A DNA stretch of 64,000 nt, taken from assembly GCA_963664485.1 (NCBI GenBank), contig OY761459.1, positions 581,275 to 645,274 of the forward strand, written 5' to 3'. Source of the stretch: Syntrophales bacterium. Lineage in GTDB: Bacteria > Desulfobacterota > Syntrophia > Syntrophales > UBA2210. The notes beneath the pieces were generated by a model. It was not told the DNA's origin. It saw nothing but the letters and a program-made list of their open reading frames with translations, and did not search any database. How positions within the stretch are numbered: position 1 is the first letter of the stretch; each line of letters begins with the position of its first letter. Positions 38,019-47,194 of the stretch are shown piece by piece. A program made the translations under genes and the position numbers.

Positions 38019-38852
38019 CTATGAAATAATTCCAGGGTGTTTGTTTACATCTGTCCTGACCAACCCGTTTTCACAAAACCGGCTAATATGTTTTCTTCTT
38101 ATGTATTCTATATTGGGTCCATGTTCCCAATCTCTGTTTTCTATCTCACTCGGATGCCACAGATGCAATGCCTTCGCTTCCCTCATTACGGACTTTCCCT
38201 GGAATCCCGCTTTAGCGAATCTGATAGCAAGATCCTCATCTTCCCCTCCCCACCCGACAAAATTTTCGTCGTAGCCGTTTACATATTCCATATCGGCGCG
38301 ATGAATGGAAAAATGGCTGCTGCAACGCTGCTTCCGTGCGCCGGCAAGATGAAGCCTGTAAAGAATCCTGTGCCTGATAAAACTCCGATGATCCCTGAGA
38401 ACCGGTTTATCCGGCATGGATCTGTAGGCCTGTTCAAGTAAAGAACTGGAAACACCCTCCCGAAAAATCACATGTGTCTGCTGTTCGTTCAAATACTTAT
38501 GAAAGCCGGCTACAAATCTGCCACGCCTGGCGGCATTCAAATGGCATTCAATCGTACCGGGCAGAACCAGAAAATCACAGTCAAGAAAAATCAGGTAATC
38601 CCCACTGGCGTGTCTGATACCGTTATTTCGGGAAGCCGCAAGCCTGAATCCTTCATCGGGATGCCAGGCGTGGACAACAGGAAAATCGTACAATGAGATC
38701 AACTCTTTCAGTTTTCTGACGCAAGGCTCACTGGAACCGTCATCGGCGATTACTACCTCATCGAAATTCCCGGCATTGAGTTGCAGGGAATCGAGGCATG
38801 CTTTCAGATATTGCCACCTTTCATAAAAACAGACGATAATTGAAGATTTCAT
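38019..38852 (-). CDS. Glycosyltransferase family 2 (galactosyltransferase-like C-terminus)
   Basis: Start at ATG 38852 (MKSSIIVCFYER), with GGAGGGGGG upstream. Also VIADDGSSE, FLDCDF and GWGGEDEDLAIRF. Confidence 0.8.
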   Translation of the reverse strand: MKSSIIVCFYERWQYLKACLDSLQLNAGNFDEVVIADDGSSEPCVRKLKELISLYDFPVVHAWHPDEGFRLAASRNNGIRHASGDYLIFLDCDFLVLPGTIECHLNAARRGRFVAGFHKYLNEQQTHVIFREGVSSSLLEQAYRSMPDKPVLRDHRSFIRHRILYRLHLAGARKQRCSSHFSIHRADMEYVNGYDENFVGWGGEDEDLAIRFAKAGFQGKSVMREAKALHLWHPSEIENRDWEHGPNIEYIRRKHISRFCENGLVRTDVNKHPGIIS

Positions 38853-39075
38853 CACAGTGGCCCCCCTCCACATATGATTTATGTATCCTGTCGGTCACAA
38901 ACGCCGCAATGTTATACGATCAGATACGATCTATTGTTTCATTTTTCAATCCGGCCAGCTGAATATCCTTACTTTCAAAAAAAGTGGTGTTCCTTTGCTC
39001 CCAGTTGCATGCTGACCCTGACCGGTCCGTCATCGTTTTTCTTCCGAAACGATTTTATGCTCAGTGTCCCGGCTC

Positions 39076-40185
39076 TCATATCACACTCTCCTGCGATCCG
39101 GCCGGAGGCATCAACTTCGACATCCGGTCCCGTACCACGGCCTGCACTTCTTCGAATGTCAATTCATCGAGGCAGCGGCTGATTTCGCTGTCTTTGCATC
39201 CTTTGTCTCTGCAGGGCACACAGGGCAGATCCTTGTGAACCACGAAGTGTTGCGCGCCCCGCGGCGCCCAGGTTATATAAGACGAAGGACCGAATATGGA
39301 CACGGTAGGCAGGCCTACCGCGGCGGCGATATGAACACCGGCGCTGTCGACACCGACAAATAATCTGCATGCCTTGAAAACAGCGGACAGCATCCCTATG
39401 GAAGTTTTACCCGCCAGGTTATAAGTATACCGGGGACAGTGCTTTATTATCTCATCCGCTCGCTCCCTTTCATCGAGAGAACCGGTGACGATAACGGATA
39501 CACCATATTCCGACACGAGCCAGTTGATCAGCCGGATATATTTATCCACCCCCCATTCCTTGTATTTCCAGAGGGAAAAAGGTTGAACGGCGATTATAGG
39601 TCGATCCGGCGGAATATTTTCCATTTCCAAAAGGGCCTTTGCCGCCTGATACCGGCCATCGGGAACATCGTGCTCAGGGAAAGTATGTTCCGTCTTTATA
39701 TCATACGCCCCGAGAAGACCCTGATAGTATTGGGCTATATGTTGCCCCGGAGCGGATTCGGGGACAACCAGGTGGGTAAATACCCTGTTCCGCCATAGCT
39801 TTCCGTCTTTGGCGAAAAAACCCACCCTCTGCCGCGCTCCGGAAAGAAGCGCGATGAACGCCCCCCTGTCCCCGGTTCTCAAATCGACAGCGAGATCGAA
39901 ACGGAATCTTCGCAAGCTCAAAAAAAATCTTTTCTGGTATCGTAATTCTTCCTGCCAGGTTCTTTTTTTCTCATTAATGGAAATAACCGATGAAACCCAC
40001 CTGCAATCTTCCATCAATTCCCTGGCTTTTTCCCTGACAGCGACAACAATATCCGCCTGTGGGAAATTCTCACGCAAAGCTCTGACAGCGGGAAAGGAGA
40101 GAACAACGTCTCCGATATCACCAAGCTGTATAAGAAGAACATTACAAATGTCTTTTCCGGATATGCCGCTTCCCTTTACAAACAT
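39076..40185 (-). CDS. Glycosyltransferase family 9 (heptosyltransferase-like)
   Basis: 369 aa with LLIQLGDIGDVVLSFPAVRALRE and the C-terminal VGVDSAGVHIAAAVGLPTVSIFGPS. Confidence 0.8.
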   Translation of the reverse strand: MFVKGSGISGKDICNVLLIQLGDIGDVVLSFPAVRALRENFPQADIVVAVREKARELMEDCRWVSSVISINEKKRTWQEELRYQKRFFLSLRRFRFDLAVDLRTGDRGAFIALLSGARQRVGFFAKDGKLWRNRVFTHLVVPESAPGQHIAQYYQGLLGAYDIKTEHTFPEHDVPDGRYQAAKALLEMENIPPDRPIIAVQPFSLWKYKEWGVDKYIRLINWLVSEYGVSVIVTGSLDERERADEIIKHCPRYTYNLAGKTSIGMLSAVFKACRLFVGVDSAGVHIAAAVGLPTVSIFGPSSYITWAPRGAQHFVVHKDLPCVPCRDKGCKDSEISRCLDELTFEEVQAVVRDRMSKLMPPAGSQESVI

Positions 40186-40189
40186 CTTT

Positions 40190-41335
40190 TCAGCCTTCTG
40201 TTATTTCGTCATAAATCCTGAGTACTTTTTCGACCACGATATCCCAGGTATGTTCTCCGGCGGTCTCATAGGCCGCTTCCGCCATTCTTTCCCTGTTGTT
40301 TCCATCCAGCATGAATTCGAGCCTGGAACTTATTGAAGTTATATCCTCCCTGTCGACGATAAACCCGTTGATTCCGTCTCTTACAAAATCTTTCGCCCCC
40401 ACGGTACCGCTTATGATCACGGGGAGTGAAGCGGACATGGCCTCCAGTACTACTATGCCGAATGTATCAAATCCCGAAGGCATCGCGAATATATCCGACG
40501 CCATGTACACACGTTCGATGTTATTATCCCAGACACCCCCGAAAATAACATCGTTCCCCAAACCCGATTTTTCAGCCAGTTTTTTGTACTTTTTTATATT
40601 TCCCTTGCCGACAACCAGCAATTTGATCCGTCCCGACGGACAGCGTGATTTCGTAACAGCCATCGAAGCGATGATATTGTCCAGGCCTTTCAGCTCGAAG
40701 TTCATACCGACGAACAGGAGCACCGTATCGGTCATGCCTATACCGAATCGTTTTCTTATCTCGTCGCGGCACGTATCCCTGCCAAGCGCGCTGAATCTGT
40801 CTACATCGACACCGGGATGAACAAGCCGTATCCTGGCCGTTTCCATTTGAAATTCACGGGTGAATGTATCTTTCGCCATGTTCGAAACAGGGAGAAACAT
40901 CCGGCAACCGCCATTGTTAATCAAACTCTTTTCAACCCAGACCGTGCCATAATCAAAAAGGCTCATCCTCTTTTTACGAACCTGCTCGACCCAGAATCGA
41001 TGCGGAACTCCGTGCATGGTAAATACATCGGCACGAAAAATCCTGTCGTGTGTATGAATGATATCAAAGTTCATCGCCGCTATCCTGCGATTCGCGAACC
41101 AGGCGAAACTGATGGTTGTCAGGAATTTGGGAAATGATATGACCGGTACTTTATGGAACGTGATGCAATCGGAGCAGGATTCCCATTTATTCGCAAAGAC
41201 ATGAACATCATAGTGCCGGTTCGCGGCAATACGCTCCGTCAATTCCCGGACAAAGTTCTCTCCGCCGCCCACCAGTCCATACCTGGGAATCACAACTGCT
41301 ATCCTGCGTTTTCTAAGAGTCATATTTCTCAACAT
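40190..41335 (-). CDS. Glycosyltransferase family 4 (GT-B, group 1)
   Basis: 381 aa with GGGENFVRELT, and the EX7E region FAMPSGFDTFGIVVLEAMSASLPVI. Confidence 0.85.
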   Translation of the reverse strand: MLRNMTLRKRRIAVVIPRYGLVGGGENFVRELTERIAANRHYDVHVFANKWESCSDCITFHKVPVISFPKFLTTISFAWFANRRIAAMNFDIIHTHDRIFRADVFTMHGVPHRFWVEQVRKKRMSLFDYGTVWVEKSLINNGGCRMFLPVSNMAKDTFTREFQMETARIRLVHPGVDVDRFSALGRDTCRDEIRKRFGIGMTDTVLLFVGMNFELKGLDNIIASMAVTKSRCPSGRIKLLVVGKGNIKKYKKLAEKSGLGNDVIFGGVWDNNIERVYMASDIFAMPSGFDTFGIVVLEAMSASLPVIISGTVGAKDFVRDGINGFIVDREDITSISSRLEFMLDGNNRERMAEAAYETAGEHTWDIVVEKVLRIYDEITEG

Positions 41336-41379
41336 GATTTGCGGTAAAGACGTGTCTTCCGCTTCATCACCAGATGGTT

Positions 41380-42375
41380 TCAGCGTACATTATACAAAAT
41401 CCATTTTCCGTTCCAGGATTTACTTATGATGCCTTCGTGAACCAGTTCTACCAGGTGTACATATGTTTCGTTGAGAGCGAGAAAAAGATCAAAGTCGGAG
41501 AGATTCTCTCCGAATATATCTACGGAGATTTCAAAAGCCGTTCTGGAACATTTTTCAGCGGAACGCAGGATACGGTTTTTCCTGTCCTCGTGATGTTTTA
41601 TCATTTCGTCGACTCTATCTCTCAGGTTTGAGAACGGCGCCCCGTGAGCCGGCAGGATCATCGCAATGGGAATTTCCCGGATAACGGACAGTGAATCCAG
41701 AAAACTGCGCAAAGATCGGAAACCCGGGCAGAAAATGTCGGGAGCCAGATTCGGTGTGATAGCCTGCAGCACATGATCACCCGAAAGGAGAATACCCTCT
41801 TTACGAAAGAAAAAACAGACATGATCCCGTGAATGTCCCGGGGTAGGGAGCACTTCAAACGATGTTCCACCAATGGAATATTTCTTGTCACAATTCAGAT
41901 ACTCATCAACCTCGAAAGGGAAAATCGCCCTTCTGAAACGTTGAATAACAGACGCCATGGCATCGACTTTTTCTTCCCCTATTCCCTGTTCCAGGTAAAA
42001 TCTCCTTCTCTCGTCATCGAGAAGTTCTTCATTCTCGATCCTTTGCAGTATCTGCCTGCCAGCTTCGGACATGTGGATGACTGCTCCCGATTTCTCTTTG
42101 ATCCTGCCCGCCATACCGCAGTGATCGGCATGATAGTGCGTGATGAATACATGATCTACATCGCAAACGGATCTTCCGATAGCCTTCAGAGAATCCTCAA
42201 GCATCAAGAAGGAATCTTTCAGGTTAAACCCGGTATCGAAAAGGGTCACACCATCTTCATGAGCAAAAACGATGACATTGACCTGTTCGAGGCGGGAGGG
42301 CATGGGCAGTATCACCCGGTAAAAGTTCTCTGCGACCTCTTTTATCGATTTTTCAGAGATTCTCAAGTTCGGCAT
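41380..42375 (-). CDS. MBL-fold metallo-hydrolase
   Basis: 331 aa. HxHxDH motif is ITHYHADHCG, with later PGHSRDH and PAHG. The start overlaps the msbA copy-1 stop (TGATG). Confidence 0.8.
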   Translation of the reverse strand: MPNLRISEKSIKEVAENFYRVILPMPSRLEQVNVIVFAHEDGVTLFDTGFNLKDSFLMLEDSLKAIGRSVCDVDHVFITHYHADHCGMAGRIKEKSGAVIHMSEAGRQILQRIENEELLDDERRRFYLEQGIGEEKVDAMASVIQRFRRAIFPFEVDEYLNCDKKYSIGGTSFEVLPTPGHSRDHVCFFFRKEGILLSGDHVLQAITPNLAPDIFCPGFRSLRSFLDSLSVIREIPIAMILPAHGAPFSNLRDRVDEMIKHHEDRKNRILRSAEKCSRTAFEISVDIFGENLSDFDLFLALNETYVHLVELVHEGIISKSWNGKWILYNVR

Positions 42376-44102
42376 CAGGCGTTATTGTTTTTGAACTGCA
42401 TGTTGTACAGTTTGTAATATTCACCCTTCTTTGCAATGAGCGCATCGTGTGTTCCTTCTTCGACTATCCTCCCCTTCACTATCACGATTATCCGGTCCGC
42501 GTGGCTTATCGTCGAAAGGCGGTGCGCGATGACGAAGGTTGTCCTTCCCTTCATGAGATTCTCGAGGGCGCCCTGTACCTCCATCTCGGCCTCGGTGTCG
42601 AGCGACGATGTCGCCTCGTCCAGAATGAGAATGGGCGCATCCTTGAGAAGAGCCCTGGCTATCGATAACCGCTGACGCTCACCCCCGGACAGCCTCGTTC
42701 CCTGCTCTCCGATAACGGTCTCAAATCCATTCGGCAGGTTCAGGATAAATTTATACGCGTTGGCCGATTTCGCCGCGCTGATTATCTCTTCGTCGCTCTT
42801 CTTTATATCACCATACGCAATGTTATTCCTGACGGTATCGTTAAATAATATAGTCTGCTGTGTCACGATACCTATCTGACTCCTGAGTGATTCGATCGTT
42901 ACATCACGAATATCGTGACCGTCGATCAGTATCTCTCCTTCAGTTACATCGTAAAACCTGGGTATCAGGTTGACCAGCGTCGTCTTGCCTCCGCCGCTCA
43001 TCCCGACAAAGGCAACCACTTCTCCCGATCTTATATCCAGGTTTATGTCTCTCAGAACGGGTTCGTCGCCGTAGCTGAAGGTAACGTTCCTGATCTCGAT
43101 CCCGTCCGAAATCTTCGGCAGTTCCACCGCGCCTTCCCGGTTCCCTATCTCGGGCACGATATCCATAATACCGAAGACACGGATGGCGGCGGATATACCG
43201 TGCTGGATCGTATTATTCACGTTCGTCAGTCTCTTCACGGGCTCGTAAAGCATGATGAGAGCGGCAAGAAAGGAGAAAAACGTACCCGGGGTGGATGTGC
43301 CTTTTATAACCTGGTAACCCCCGTAAAAAACAATCGCGGCAATCCCGATACCCCCGAGAAATTCCATGAACGGAGACGACATCGCGCGTATGGACACGGC
43401 CTTCATGTGAAAACGGAAAAGCTTCTCGTTCTCTTTCGAGAATCTCCCGCCTTCGTAATCTTCCATCCCGAAGGCTTTTACGATCCTTGTCCCCGATATG
43501 GTCTCCTGCAGCAGGCTGGTGAGGCTCCCCATCGTAACCTGGGTGCTCGTGGCTACCTTCCTCATCTTCCTGCCGAATTTGACTATAGGGTATATCGTCA
43601 GTGGAAAAACAACCATGGCAATCAGCGCCAGCTTCCAGTCACGATAAAAAATCACGAAAATAAGACCGATCAGTGTAAACGAATCTTTAAAAAGACTGGT
43701 CACCGCCTCGGAAACAGCCCCCTGGATAAGATTTACATCGTTCGTGATGCGGGACATCAGCACCCCGGTATGACTCTTGTTGAAAAAAGAAAGGGATTGC
43801 TTCTGAATGTGATTGTAAAGCTCACACCGCAGATCCGCGACCACACGCTGACCTGCAAAACTCATCAGAACGGTCTGACCGTAATTGCACACGCCTTTGA
43901 CAAGGTATATCAGAATGATTACCACAGGTATCCACTTCAGCATGGAGGCGTTACGGTTGAGGAATATCCCATCCAGGGCGGGTTTGACGAGAAAGGCAAG
44001 CGAAGAAGTGGTAGCTCCGACAAACAGCATGCACAGCATCGCAAGAATGAATTTCGGAATATGAGGCTTCGACAGTCTTAAGATTCGTCTGAATATATTC
44101 AT
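42375..44102 (-). CDS. msbA: Lipid A export ABC transporter permease/ATPase MsbA (copy 1)
   Basis: 575 aa with six predicted TM helices. Walker A is GMSGGGKTT, the signature is LSGGERQR and Walker B is ILILDEATS. Confidence 0.9.
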   Translation of the reverse strand: MNIFRRILRLSKPHIPKFILAMLCMLFVGATTSSLAFLVKPALDGIFLNRNASMLKWIPVVIILIYLVKGVCNYGQTVLMSFAGQRVVADLRCELYNHIQKQSLSFFNKSHTGVLMSRITNDVNLIQGAVSEAVTSLFKDSFTLIGLIFVIFYRDWKLALIAMVVFPLTIYPIVKFGRKMRKVATSTQVTMGSLTSLLQETISGTRIVKAFGMEDYEGGRFSKENEKLFRFHMKAVSIRAMSSPFMEFLGGIGIAAIVFYGGYQVIKGTSTPGTFFSFLAALIMLYEPVKRLTNVNNTIQHGISAAIRVFGIMDIVPEIGNREGAVELPKISDGIEIRNVTFSYGDEPVLRDINLDIRSGEVVAFVGMSGGGKTTLVNLIPRFYDVTEGEILIDGHDIRDVTIESLRSQIGIVTQQTILFNDTVRNNIAYGDIKKSDEEIISAAKSANAYKFILNLPNGFETVIGEQGTRLSGGERQRLSIARALLKDAPILILDEATSSLDTEAEMEVQGALENLMKGRTTFVIAHRLSTISHADRIIVIVKGRIVEEGTHDALIAKKGEYYKLYNMQFKNNNA

Positions 44103-44380
44103 AACACCACGGTCAACGGCCGATCACGATCCTATGGCCGTCGCCTCTTCTATCAGCATCACGGGAATCCCGTCCCGTATCTCGTACATCAATTTGCATG
44201 CATCGCATATCAGCCCGCTCTCGTCTTCGTTCAGACGAATATGCCCTCTGCACCTCGGACACACCAGAATCTCCAGCAGTTCCCTGTCAATATCCATAAA
44301 CCGCTCACCTCTCCATACCTTACCCGGCCTCTATATCACTCACAGGCCTCCTTGTAAAACCCTTAACCGGATAGATTAAA
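42382..44380. repeat. Direct repeat copy 1 (~2.0 kb; most of msbA + trm112-like + 83 nt upstream)
   Basis: Aligns base for base with 56505-58503 at an offset of 14,123 nt. About 17 mismatches were counted by eye and no indels were seen. Confidence 0.9.
44124..44297 (-). CDS. Trm112/YcaR-family small zinc-ribbon protein (copy 1); below the ORF-track length cutoff
   Basis: Manual translation gives 57 aa: MDIDRELLEILVCPRCRGHIRLNEDESGLICDACKLMYEIRDGIPVMLIEEATAIGS. It ends 21 nt upstream of the msbA start. Confidence 0.75.
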   Translation of the reverse strand: MDIDRELLEILVCPRCRGHIRLNEDESGLICDACKLMYEIRDGIPVMLIEEATAIGS

Positions 44381-44745
44381 CGTAAAATTTTCGGAGAGCC
44401 CTTTTCCCCGGTGTGACGGTTTACGCTGCCGCCGTGAAACTGCCGGCCGAAATCATCCCGGGGTTCTCCCGAAAATACCGCCGGCAATCACGAAACCTAT
44501 CACCTTATATGCCGAGATTTCGACATGCTTCAGTTATATTCCGAAATCTTTCAGTTAATTATGGCACTGTGAGTCCCTCATGTGTTATCTTCCTTTCGAC
44601 AGTTGTCCTTTTCCTCTTTTGGTTTATTGGCATCTGTCGCCTGCCGGTTTTTTAGTCAGGAAAATGGATATGTTTTATTACAGGCTTGCACATATACGCC
44701 CAATATATAGGGCAAAACGGCAGAATAAAAACCCACATTAGGATA

Positions 44746-45714
44746 ATGAATTCCAAAGTAAGCATAATTATTCCGGTTTATAATGCTGAGCAGTATCTGG
44801 AGCAGTGTCTGGCTTCCGTTTGCAACCAGACATTGGAAGACATCGAAATAATTATCGTTAATGACGGCTCTACCGACGGGTCGAGAAGTATACTAGAAAG
44901 ATATCTTCGAAAACATTCTAATATTAATATTATAGATAAAGAAAAAGCGGGAGTGGCTATCGCAAGAAATACGGGCATTGAATTTGCCGGAGGCGAATAT
45001 ATCGGATTTGCGGACGCAGATGACTGGATAGAACCTGTAATGTTCGAAGAAATGTATTATTCAGCGACTGGAGTAAATGCCGATATCGCAGTAGGGTGCG
45101 TAAAACGATACTCGGATCAGAGAAAAACCTTTGGAGGGATGAACCTGTCTTTTTTCGAACAATTCCCGAAAGGTTTCCATTGGCGAGACGTTATAGAGAA
45201 AATTCCTTCTTTGCGCGCCTATTCATATAATAAAATTTATCGGAGAAAGCTTTTAATAGATAATAACATCACCTTCCCCGACTGCCGCATACATTCGGAT
45301 AATCTCTTTATGTATGCATCACTTACATCGGCAAAAAAGATAATATGTATTAACAAGGATTTTTACTATTATAGAATTCACGAAGACGGTCAACTGACAA
45401 AGCTGGCCGATGAACGAGTATTCGATGTCTTCAAAGTATACGGACTCCTCGAAGACTATTTAAGGAATAAAGGCATTTACACAGAGCTTAAAGAGCAGGT
45501 GACAAAACGGAAACTGGAAGAATATTTAAGGGATTTCGGAAAAATAAGGAACAATAAAAATATGCGGAGATCCTATTTTGAAAAAATGCACAGAGCATTG
45601 CAGGAAACAGAACTAAGCAATGATATTTTATCAACATTTTCCAGACGTCAAAGACACATACTGAAACTGGCAAAGAAAAAGGATCATACCGTATTCTGGC
45701 AACCATTCTTATAA
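44746..45714 (+). CDS. Glycosyltransferase family 2
   Basis: Start at ATG 44746 (MNSKVSIIIPVYNAEQYLEQCL). Also IVNDGSTDGS and FADADD. Confidence 0.85.
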   Translation: MNSKVSIIIPVYNAEQYLEQCLASVCNQTLEDIEIIIVNDGSTDGSRSILERYLRKHSNINIIDKEKAGVAIARNTGIEFAGGEYIGFADADDWIEPVMFEEMYYSATGVNADIAVGCVKRYSDQRKTFGGMNLSFFEQFPKGFHWRDVIEKIPSLRAYSYNKIYRRKLLIDNNITFPDCRIHSDNLFMYASLTSAKKIICINKDFYYYRIHEDGQLTKLADERVFDVFKVYGLLEDYLRNKGIYTELKEQVTKRKLEEYLRDFGKIRNNKNMRRSYFEKMHRALQETELSNDILSTFSRRQRHILKLAKKKDHTVFWQPFL

Positions 45715-45810
45715 AATGAAACTTCGATGCTTACGCTCCTCTTATTAGGCATAAAGAAACGGCAGTATGCAGCGCAGAGCACTTAAATAGTTACCAATTG
45801 TGTTAATATA

Positions 45811-47106
45811 TTACGAACTCCTTATAACCTCCGCAACGAGATCGAACGTTGAGTCCACATCCCTTTGAATAGCAGGAATAATTTCAGCAATACGATGTTT
45901 GTCATCTTTTCGTTTTTTCCATGCTTGCTTCAGAATATCGATTACAACTATTTGATCCAACCGATCATGTCGGCAAACATACCCGTCCATTCCGAAAGTT
46001 GTCATCAATTCCGAATATTTATGAGACCATCCCAAGGCAATGACCGGTATTTTGGAAGAAAGGGCAAACACCAGGCTATGAAAACGTGAGGCTATCAGCA
46101 AATCAAGGTGACTTATTACAGACTTTATTGTTTCGCTCTGATGATAATTACGGATTGTAAAGCAATATTTATTGTTTGTAACCAGTGACTCAATAATACC
46201 GCAGAGAAACCGATCATCCCTACCGGTTTTCCCAGGCACTTTGATCTCATTAGGCAATAAAAGAACGGCCGCGCCCAAATTATTGATGCAATAATTAGCC
46301 GCTTCGACTAACAACTGTATGTACTTATTATTGGAACCGGTCCCCAAGGTTCGTCCGTAAATACGCATATTGGGTACTATGCCAATCAAAGGTTTTGTCC
46401 CGAATTCATATCCGACATCGCGGAGAATGGATGCCCCAATGTTCGAATGCGCCCCCTGAAATCGGAAAGCAATATCCGGCGCTATGTGTATCTTATCTGA
46501 TGGTTTATCAAGAAGTGAAGAAAGATGATTAAAAGATTCCTTGTCGCGGGCGAAAAGAAGTGAAGCATCTTCACAAAGTCTTCGTGTCCATTCAGCGATA
46601 TCCCCTTTTTCGAAAGGGCCCCATGCCTGTGGTAAAAATATATATGGCTTATGATGGTTTTTACAGTAATCAATCCATGTCCATGCATCTTTACAGCGAT
46701 CCACATTCCATGCATCGCCATAAGCGTAACCACTGGTATCGATTATCGCATCGACAGATTTAATCTTTAGCATTTTACGAGCCTCGCCACTGCTCGTCAT
46801 CATGGCCCGCCTGAAATCGGAATTATGCAGAAAGGTTAATGCACGTCGCACTCGTATGGGCAAGTTTGATCCCAGAAGTTCTTCCCGGTTTGAAGAACAC
46901 AATACAGGGAAAAGGCCTGAGATATTTGCAAGCTGTGCCTCCAGTGAAGATACAAAGATATGGAAGCATACATATGGAATTCTTCTACCCAATTCCCGCT
47001 GTGCGGTACGCAACATCGCTTCCGCACCCTTGTTGTCAAAATCGGCGCCCCTAATCAATATATCCATCAGCGTAAACTCCGAAGTAATATATTCTGATTT
47101 AATCAA
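45811..47106 (-). CDS. Polysaccharide pyruvyl transferase family protein
   Basis: N-terminus is ILIRGADFDNKGAEAM. The C-terminus is LLIASRFHSLVFALSSKIPVIALGWSHKYSELM. The true start is probably ATG 47067. Confidence 0.75.
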   Translation of the reverse strand: MIKSEYITSEFTLMDILIRGADFDNKGAEAMLRTAQRELGRRIPYVCFHIFVSSLEAQLANISGLFPVLCSSNREELLGSNLPIRVRRALTFLHNSDFRRAMMTSSGEARKMLKIKSVDAIIDTSGYAYGDAWNVDRCKDAWTWIDYCKNHHKPYIFLPQAWGPFEKGDIAEWTRRLCEDASLLFARDKESFNHLSSLLDKPSDKIHIAPDIAFRFQGAHSNIGASILRDVGYEFGTKPLIGIVPNMRIYGRTLGTGSNNKYIQLLVEAANYCINNLGAAVLLLPNEIKVPGKTGRDDRFLCGIIESLVTNNKYCFTIRNYHQSETIKSVISHLDLLIASRFHSLVFALSSKIPVIALGWSHKYSELMTTFGMDGYVCRHDRLDQIVVIDILKQAWKKRKDDKHRIAEIIPAIQRDVDSTFDLVAEVIRSS

Positions 47107-47194
47107 TCTTGCGCTAACTAATAATCATGGCATTGTTGATCCGCAATAACCCGCATATTACGTATTAAATTTACGATTGGAACCGTTTATTCAA

